DNA of 64,000 nt from Chrysomallon squamiferum (Eukaryota > Animalia > Mollusca), in NCBI GenBank assembly GCA_012295275.1, contig CM022673.1:29388001-29452000 (forward strand), written 5' to 3'. The notes under the pieces were generated by a model. That model worked only from the letters and a program-made list of their open reading frames with translations, ran no database searches and was not told the DNA's origin. Both the position numbers and the translations under genes were made by a program. Positions 58,401 to 64,000 of this stretch are shown one piece after another; positions within the stretch are counted from its first letter, which is position 1, and each line of letters starts with the position of its first letter.

Positions 58401-59884
58401 TACTTCATAGACTAATAAAACTGACAAACATTTCAAAACCCATAACAGAAACATATAAAATGTCAAATACATTGACAAAACAGAAACAAAAATATTCAAA
58501 TTTCATTTTAGACAACTTTGAAGAAAATATATTTACACTTTTTTGGGGAGGAATCAAAGAAAATGGGTAGATTCTAGAATTTATGAATCTGCACTGTTCT
58601 AAAAATAAAAAAATGCTAACAGTTAAGTTTTATCTATTTACATAAAATGAATTACCTAAAAGATACGTATTAGTAAACAAAGACATGATTGTAGTCTTTT
58701 CTGTGAAATATTACATAAAACCTCAAAACTGGTCTTTACCAGTATTTCTTTAACTAAAATCAAATGATGAGAAAAGTGCATACACATTATCTTTTGTGCT
58801 AAAAAAAAGTCATTATAGATATTTTTAAAATGTTGTTTTTTTTTGTATTTATTTAACAACAGCTGACTTCACAGCTATTGATGCAATATATCAGTGTTAC
58901 ATGATTAACATTTTAATACAATATATGAATAATGCTTGACATTCAAAACAAAGCTGTATGAATTCTCCTTATCTCTGACTTCATTTCATTGATCTGTTTA
59001 ACCAAACTGAACAAAAAGCAGTCTGTGTGGTTATCAAAAACAGTTTTCCAGCACCCTGCTTGTACAACAAGACTTTCATCAAGTGAATAGACTATTAATT
59101 GCCATCCTAAAATAGTATTCTATCTAATGACCACTTACTAGTAAAATGTGTTTAACACTGGACATGTTGTTACCACCATGCGATGAACTATAGAGCTATT
59201 GATTCTTTACATCATTAACATCCACTGCTTTTACAATTAAAGTCTATCATGTTAGTGGAAAAATAACAGATCAATAGGCATTATTTTCGCATGCCTTTGC
59301 AAAATAAGAAAAACATGTACAAGATAATTTAAACCAGTCCACTCTTTTCATTAAAGGATTCATTTTTGTTGATTAAAAACTGTGTTTTTTTCAAACAGTG
59401 AGGCAAAACACATCAACGTTATTGGCATCATTAACCATGATCTTCATTTCAATATTTTAGACATCAACACCCTTCCGAAAATATATATTTAATGTCATTA
59501 TATGTGCATAATTATGTGAAACATATTCTGGAGAAGAGATTTATTTTTCAGAAAGAAAGTGACATCAGTGGGTTTTATCTTCTATTGGAAGCTGCTAACA
59601 AGTCAATTACTTGAAACTGTCTTTGACAGACAAATCAGCAGATATGCAATTGCTTCTGTCAGACATGATCAGATCAAAAGAAGAAGAAAAAATTAATCAA
59701 GATGTATGAAACATTCAATTCTAGTGATGGCCAGACTTACCAATATCATAATCTCCAGGCTTTTCAAACATGTAGGAAAACCTTGATCGAATCCTGTCTT
59801 CTCCTGAACTAGCATTTCTAAAAGTCTTGTTGCCAATCCTCCACACAAACTCATAGGAATTCAACCATGATGCATCTGCTAATT
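542..59884 (-). CDS. Partial multi-exon polycystin-1-family gene (PKD1/PKD1L1-like): ~15 PKD repeats + N-terminal part of REJ module; 22 exons in window, 5' and 3' ends not found here
   Basis: Manually spliced exons with GT-AG ends and matching phases give one open frame of 5442 nt. Repeated PKD cores (WDFGDG, FDFGDG, FDLGDG, WTFNNG), G-x-Y-x-V-x-V-x-A-x-N motifs, REJ hallmark LVLDGSDSTDPD..FQWNC, many N-x-S/T sequons. Exact orthology not determinable by eye. Confidence 0.93.
1140..1271 (-). CDS. Exon w21 (132 nt, phase 1-1), acidic/Pro-rich
   Basis: ttttcag acceptor, G|gtgaga donor; PDLSTEPDSVPLPLPGPDDFGEG...QEGE. Confidence 0.8.
1693..1979 (-). CDS. Exon w20 (287 nt, phase 2-1), REJ plus start of Pro/Thr-rich insertion
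   Basis: ttttcag acceptor, weaker G|gtacct donor; IHCQQC...CIGCPPGKTKYRWEI...APTVPSTRKPSRETTTE. Confidence 0.85.
2239..2452 (+). repeat. ~220-bp direct duplication, copy B
   Basis: Aligns with 194-412; ends at the exon w19 donor. Confidence 0.88.
2453..2677 (-). CDS. Exon w19 (225 nt, phase 2-2), REJ
   Basis: ttttag acceptor, gtaagt donor; FQWNCTT...CF...FLFNLTVS. Confidence 0.92.
2685..2975. repeat. Degenerate tandem repeat, ~65-bp unit
   Basis: Recurring tgaaatattc..actgttca..cattaatatattagaa. Confidence 0.65.
3217..3401 (-). CDS. Exon w18 (185 nt, phase 0-2), REJ
   Basis: ctgtag acceptor, gtgagt donor; PLKSIIKGG...LVLDGSDSTDPD. Confidence 0.93.
3866..4081 (-). CDS. Exon w17 (216 nt, phase 0-0), REJ
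   Basis: ttttcag acceptor, G|gtgaga donor; VNCTVTSQVVYSWTF...LILPAKSLPYGKY. Confidence 0.92.
5563..5704 (-). CDS. Exon w16 (142 nt, phase 2-0), end of last PKD repeat / start of REJ
   Basis: gtttcag acceptor, gtaagt donor; IGEYVVNVTASNPVSS...VCKPPKISI. Confidence 0.92.
6580..6890. repeat. Degenerate minisatellite, ~40-bp unit
   Basis: Recurring gacaaaacagtattttaaa / tttcatcactg. Confidence 0.75.
7933..8178 (-). CDS. Exon w15 (246 nt, phase 2-2)
   Basis: tctgcag acceptor, gtaagt donor; YTVTVSAQN...GDHMNFTWDFGDGSP. Confidence 0.93.
8685..8979 (-). CDS. Exon w14 (295 nt, phase 1-2)
   Basis: tgtcag acceptor, AG|gttagt donor; HQYRTAGKRTIQVTAKNEV...YTWDFD. Confidence 0.9.
9057..9255. repeat. 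Polypurine/polypyrimidine (GA-rich) tract
   Basis: About 200 bp, nearly all A/G on the + strand. Confidence 0.9.
10435..10665 (-). CDS. Exon w13 (231 nt, phase 1-1)
   Basis: tttcag acceptor, G|gtatgg donor; GIYDVQVTAVNPLG...QGTNVTYTWLLDD. Confidence 0.92.
11078..11365. repeat. Opposed (TG)-rich and (CA)-rich tracts
   Basis: TG-rich 11078-11160; CA-rich 11261-11365. Confidence 0.85.
11511..11635 (-). CDS. Exon w12 (125 nt, phase 2-1), missed by ORF track
   Basis: ttttcag acceptor, G|gtattg donor; VIEGSHASFLFDFGDGSTQT...ARHVYTE. Confidence 0.92.
12256..12486 (-). CDS. Exon w11 (231 nt, phase 2-2)
   Basis: ctttcag acceptor, gtaagt donor; DHNSSVVKYMFNVPSEYQVSVHISNPV. Confidence 0.9.
13597..14180 (-). 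CDS. Exon w10 (584 nt, phase 0-2)
   Basis: tttacag acceptor, AG|gtgagt donor; FDFGDG core, HWYASIGEYAVQVNVSN. Confidence 0.93.
14579..14684 (-). CDS. Exon w9 (106 nt, phase 2-0)
   Basis: tttccag acceptor, CAG|gtaaca donor; HIWTAVAEGGSHIVYYWTFNNGSTKITTQAQ. Confidence 0.9.
14880..15205. repeat. Degenerate tandem repeat, ~150-bp unit
   Basis: ctg(t)attaaatatattttag three times; gccagagaattt twice. Confidence 0.7.
15307..15554. repeat. Near-perfect 124-bp tandem duplication
   Basis: taattgaaacattctagttc... at 15307 and 15431. Confidence 0.93.
15593..15668. repeat. (TG)n microsatellite
   Basis: Direct reading. Confidence 0.97.
17200..18110 (-). mobile_element. Decayed transposase-like relic (possibly Academ-type XPG/PIN-like region)
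   Basis: GC-richer intronic block with overlapping frameshifted minus-strand ORFs and colinear motif remnants (DGSIV; AFNVYCEN..SVK; WEFIL; HASAG..TVA; LEAIER..CGALYG). Confidence 0.4.
21218..21376 (-). CDS. Exon w8 (159 nt, phase 2-2), missed by ORF track
   Basis: ctccag acceptor, AG|gtaagg donor; WKHAFSLPCVYKLGVSIF...YVTVEEPIRSLTLKGPSAVEIE. Confidence 0.9.
22237..22335. repeat. (AAT)n/(AATAAC)n compound microsatellite
   Basis: Direct reading. Confidence 0.9.
23751..23785. repeat. (TG)n microsatellite
   Basis: Direct reading. Confidence 0.9.
24308..24370. repeat. (AAAT)n microsatellite
   Basis: Direct reading. Confidence 0.9.
24903..24976 (-). CDS. Exon w7 (74 nt, phase 0-2), missed by ORF track
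   Basis: tttctag acceptor, AG|gtaaga donor; GIDFVERITFNISNGKFEEYFNTS; needed for phase continuity. Confidence 0.82.
26766..26932. repeat. (ATC)n/(TTA/TTG)n compound trinucleotide tract
   Basis: Direct reading; explains the poly-M/poly-L/poly-S ORFs. Confidence 0.88.
28023..28138 (-). CDS. Exon w6 (116 nt, phase 1-0)
   Basis: gtttcag acceptor, gtaagt donor; continues KVRNE-V-SLAAKQQEVTVEE...VLFTLT. Confidence 0.9.
28490..28522. repeat. (CA)n microsatellite
   Basis: Direct reading. Confidence 0.92.
29693..29733. repeat. (TTA)n microsatellite
   Basis: Direct reading. Confidence 0.92.
31670..31810 (-). CDS. Exon w5 (141 nt, phase 1-1)
   Basis: ttcgcag acceptor, G|gtaaag donor; QVVGEGDLIFEWIFPENTS...AGNHTVLLKVRNE. 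Confidence 0.9.
32993..34277 (-). CDS. Exon w4 (1285 nt, phase 0-1), about four PKD repeats
   Basis: 450-aa ORF; poly-T tag acceptor, G|gtacga donor; DFGLG, WMIYD, WNFKD, FDLGDG cores. Confidence 0.93.
34640..34726 (-). CDS. Exon w3 (87 nt, phase 0-0), missed by ORF track
   Basis: tttcag acceptor, gtaagt donor; DYVFPTVGVHTVTATVFNSYGSVEKNLTV (C-terminal half of a PKD repeat). Confidence 0.9.
35634..35667. repeat. (AAT)n microsatellite
   Basis: Direct reading. Confidence 0.9.
36474..36538. repeat. (TG)n microsatellite
   Basis: Direct reading. Confidence 0.95.
38515..38732. repeat. Degenerate (TA/CA)n low-complexity tract
   Basis: Alternating purine-pyrimidine runs. Confidence 0.8.
38821..39090 (-). 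promoter_or_regulatory. Candidate internal promoter and non-coding first exon
   Basis: Local CpG cluster, CCAAT at 38980 and 39021, ETS-like CAGGAAGT at 38987, X-box-like GTTGCCTAGTTAC at 39075-39087, minus-strand AAG|GTAGGT donor at 38821/38820. Confidence 0.3.
44190..44545. repeat. Degenerate minisatellite, ~39-40-bp unit
   Basis: Recurring aaataggttaacatt-like core. Confidence 0.65.
45272..45362. repeat. (GACA)n(GATA)n compound microsatellite
   Basis: Direct reading. Confidence 0.92.
47368..47696 (-). CDS. Exon w2 (329 nt, phase 1-0)
   Basis: tatttcag acceptor, CAG|gtgaga donor; joins w1 as PGDYDI-E-VTCKNAISSLSTHLTVSV, completing a PKD repeat; ends HCAGSDCRGVIQ. Confidence 0.9.
51152..51560. 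repeat. Minisatellite, ~54-bp unit, ~7.5 copies
   Basis: aagttaaa/aagctaaa anchors at 51176, 51231, 51284, 51336, 51391, 51446, 51501, 51554; tattagttattccctttat core. Confidence 0.93.
52971..53130. repeat. Local ~95-bp direct duplication inside a possible SINE-like relic
   Basis: gcttacaacca(c/t)gcacagataa..gaggaa..attcttttataaa twice. Confidence 0.75.
53850..54235. repeat. Degenerate minisatellite, ~83-bp unit, ~5 copies
   Basis: agaaataaattttaca-like anchors near 53902, 53963, 54045, 54129, 54214. Confidence 0.85.
56710..57535. repeat. Minisatellite, ~80-bp unit, ~10 copies plus internal 40-bp duplication
   Basis: aatgaaaacctgtacaatattct core recurs about 12 times. Confidence 0.92.
59741..59884 (-). 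CDS. Exon w1 (144 nt, phase 1-1), PKD repeat
   Basis: tttttcag acceptor, G|gtaagt donor; (E)LADASWLNSYEFVWRIGNKTF...FSYMFEKPGDYDI. Confidence 0.88.
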
Positions 59885-60656
59885 CTGAAAAACAAAAAAA
59901 CATTTACAATAGTTACATATAAATATCTTGTTATGTATATGGGAATATATGTTTAAATTGGGTGCATTTTGTTTGCTTTAAGTTAATTCTGAACAACAAA
60001 GACAAATATTTATTTATATGTATTGGAGCATATATGGTAAAGAGTACACTTTGTATGCATCAGCGTATTCTAAAATACAAAGAAAAACATGAATTTACAC
60101 ACATGTAAATAATTATGTATATTGTAATATGTGGAAAATGGAAGGTAAATTTTATAATAGCAGTTTGAAATATATTTATGTACATATGTTTCAAAAGATC
60201 TTACTGTATATAATAGCACTTTGTTTGAAACATGTTTATGTATGTGTGTCTATTTTTAAACAATTATAATATTTAAACATAATATCAAGAGGTTGTAGTC
60301 TTAAAATGATATAAAAAGAAAAAAAATTGAAATTCATCCAACTTGGATTCTCACTTTTGTGGCAGTTAGATACATTCCAAAATGTGGCTTCCAACAGAAA
60401 AAACTAACATCAAACAAATGTGATTTATATTTAAAAATAATATGCATAATTTTTCTGACAAAATACTGTTTCAAAAATGAACTTAAAAATAAAAAATCTA
60501 GGTACTTTTTTTATCAATAAGTCACACTATTATTTTATGAAAGCCATTTTGAAAAACAAACATCAAAAAACCAACAATTCTGACTGCTCCATGACATATG
60601 AATCAATAAATCACCTTAAGCTTTTCCTTTTTACAAAAGCTGAAACTACTGATTTC

Positions 60657-60690
<34 letters not shown>

Positions 60691-63600
60691 AAGGTACATC
60701 TTGCAGTTGGACAAGACCAGAACATGAGCATTAGATATCCCAAATCAATGACCAGTGTCTGCGTAATTGTGTAAAGTGTCCTAAGTAAACAGTAATCTGC
60801 TAGCGGTGTACACAACCCCTGCCAGTTAACAATGTTGATTCTACCCTAGATGTCTCTCAAATCACTATTTTTATTAGATGGTCGAGTCAGACACACACAA
60901 ATATTTCATAGGAAATTGTAAAGCATTAAATCTGGGACACACACTGCTAACAAGAAGGAGAATTACCAGTCTGATATAATGTTGCAAAATTCGGTTACAG
61001 CTGGAACCAGTCCCAAAAGAATCAGTGTTTATAACTCCATTTTAAACAAGCATTTTATTACAGTATTTAAGTCAGTTATTATAGTATTTATAATAATATT
61101 TTAAATATTCTTGCAAATTATTCTTAACCATATTTTATGTCCAATGTGACAATTATTTTTAGGAAGGATTATCGCAATCTTTCCAGCAATTTGATACAGT
61201 ATTTTATTTTTCTTCATAATACATCATTAGTAATGTAACCTTTCACTGGAATCTTTATACATACTTGTAAATGTTTCAAACCATTTGATACTTTTTTCAA
61301 AATATATCTATTCACTGATGACTGTACTTTATTCCCTAATAGGACAAGGAGGAAACATGACTAAAAATATCAAGTTAATAGCTACATGTGAATTTTTGTT
61401 AAAGAGATATGTCCTGTATTAGTTTAATGATTCATCCCATGAATAAATGTGATTCATAAAGTTTCTATTTTGAATGAAAGGGCAAAGAGAATGTGAGAAT
61501 TGTGCTTTCAATTATATCACTTTTTATCATTTATTTTATTTTGATTGTTCTTTTTTATTTTTATTTTCTACATTTTTTTTTATATTATTATCTTTTTTTT
61601 TTTTCTTTTTTTTTTTTTTTACTGATAGTCAGTTTTTTTTTATGGGTTGTCTGTTCATCTCATATACACACATATACTAAGCCTTTTACATACTCTCCCT
61701 CACACAAGAAGCTATATATACAGTCACACACATACACAAACATATATCTACCCTCACATAAAAACATAATTAACTAAATTTCAAAAAGAACTTTATACAC
61801 TGACATTACATATTAAGTCCTACAATTAATGAAATATTTAGTCTGAATAAATTACAATACTTAGGCTTACATCTTTCTAAATTCAGTTACAGACTGACTG
61901 CAAGATGCAAAATGTGTCAATAAAATAAAACCGTAATAACTTTATTAATTTATGACATCACCTTTATACAGTCGTTGAAAACTTTGTGGTATGTAATGTA
62001 ATGTTAAGCTTCCGATGATATTTATAGCACTGAATAACTGTATTTGTTATTGGAAGCTCTTACCTGGCACACAGCACACTGAGGTATGTAATGCTTTGTC
62101 AGTATACAGTGATGCTTTGCAACGTAAAATGTAAGATTTGAACAATTACAACAGGAGCCACTCAAATCAGACTCTTGAAAGTCTGATGAATAACATGGTA
62201 TTTACAGAGAGGCAATATATTAGTTCAGTCCTTCACAGACATCTAAATCATTATTTTTGTCATTTAATGTATCTAAATAAAGACTGAAAGATAAATATCT
62301 GTACTACTCAAAAGCCATATAACAATAATAACAATGACTATATAATAATAAAATAATAATAATAATTAAAATATTAATTTAAAAATAAATTAAGAAATAA
62401 AAAAATAAAAAATAAAACAATAATTTGATAAAACCAGGCATTTATGAAAATTAATTCTTTACAAAATGTTTTCTGGAAGGTTTCAATTTTAATATTTTAG
62501 AGTTTATTTTTTAATAATATCATAATTCTTTTTTTATTCTTTTTTTAAACAAAATCTAAGTAAAACTTTAAATATTTGCAAGAAATTAATTTTCTTTTCA
62601 TCAGTTATAAATTAATATTTTAGAGTGTATTTTTAAATAATATTAAAACTTTGTCTCCACAATGCTATCAGCAAAACTGCATTCTTTATTTTCAAAATAT
62701 AAGCACACCTGGCACTATAATAACCTTAACATTTAAAATTTATTGTTTTATATATTTGAAGAATATAAAGTATAAATGAACTTTAAATGACCTACAGTTT
62801 GTATGATATATGCAAAAATGTGTGTGCTTACCTAATATATTTAAAAAAATGATATTTCATCATTAAAAACAAAAGTGCCATTGTACTAACTTGCTAGGGA
62901 ATTGAAAAACACAAATCAATCATTTTTCAGTTAAAATAATATTATTTTTGAGATAAAAATAAAATATTAAAAAATATCAGTGTATTATGCCATTTTTATT
63001 TTTGTTTGAAAACAAATTAGAAAAAAAAAATCATGCCAAAAAAATTATTATTATAAATAAAACTTTTAATTAATTGTAAAATAATGACTACAGATACAAA
63101 ATTCTAAAATATAACTATTATACAAACATAATTTTTGTAACATAATTATTACAGAATATAAATTTTAAAAATAATATTTGAAGCTAATTACATTACAGAA
63201 TGTGGCTTTTTAAAACAATTTTTTAAATTATTATTAAACAAAGTTAATTTTGTTTTTATTATAAAAACAAAAAACCATGAGAATAACAGATCACCGAGGA
63301 CATAATTTTCAAAAGAGATTTATAAAAATGTTAGAAATTTCCTAATTACGAAGGTAAAACAGAAACTACTTTTATTCAACTTTTCCAGCTGAGTATTACA
63401 ACCAAACTGTTCCTATCGACAATATCACAGAAGGATACCAGCGTCTGTTGCAGCAATTTTCATCATAGCTGTCAAGTGGCCTTTTATTCAGCAAGAGCAG
63501 TGAAATCCAGGTTTTCTTAAAGCTACAAAGAAGCCTGATCTTCTGTCTAAACTGTCAATACACCACAAAAGATCTGGTGACCCTGTAACACAGCTATAAA

Positions 63601-64000
63601 GAGCCAGACTACATAAGCACCCATCCTCCATTGTGTCACCCTGCAGAGTACAATAACCCTACCGCAAACAGGGTATAATGCTGCTTTTGTTAAAAGAAGA
63701 ATTCTACCTTTTTCAGCTCATTAAATTTAACATGAAATCAATTGCCAGGGGACATAAGAACCAATTAGGACGTTATTGTCCCACTTGTGGACCAAACTTA
63801 ACATGGATTCATCGTGATTACTAGACTGAAGGAAATTAATGCACCTTCAGACCTCCATAGGACGCCACACTTTCTTATTAAATGGTCATTAATCGCTTTT
63901 CAAATTAACCATGACATCACAACAATAGCCCCCTTATCTGCAAGGATGCAGTTTAATGCCGAACATGACAGATAATATAAGGGTTCATGCCAAACCAAAA

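Noticed and set aside
24142-61777. Many Phe/Leu/Ile/Tyr-rich or poly-residue ORFs
   Set aside because: They are translations of AT-rich low-complexity DNA and microsatellites.
62064-62185. Possible upstream exon (CAG|GTAAGA donor on the minus strand)
   Set aside because: The phase-1 frame needed to join w1 hits a TAA about 75 nt upstream, and there is no PKD-like sequence.
1-64000. tRNA, rRNA or conserved miRNA genes
   Set aside because: None recognised by eye; only seed-length matches were seen. An Infernal/Rfam scan would be needed to exclude them formally.

Overview
This is AT-rich animal (metazoan) genomic DNA, not prokaryotic. Most of the window is the internal part of one large minus-strand polycystin-1-family gene (PKD1/PKD1L1-like). 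I assembled 22 coding exons from 59884 down to 542. All have GT-AG boundaries and mutually consistent phases, giving a 5442-nt (~1814-aa) continuous frame. It encodes about 15 tandem PKD (Ig-like) repeats, the start of a REJ module and a low-complexity acidic/Pro/Thr insertion. The start codon/signal peptide was not found and probably lies upstream of the window; the GPS/TM region lies beyond position 1. The introns (two of ~12-12.6 kb) hold microsatellites, degenerate minisatellites, local duplications, a probable decayed Academ-like transposase relic (~17.2-18.1 kb) and a candidate internal promoter/alternative first exon (~38.8-39.1 kb). Most ORF-track calls are low-complexity or antisense artefacts. 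I found no convincing wholly novel system; the best leads are the candidate internal promoter, the symmetric-exon REJ insertion and the domain architecture.
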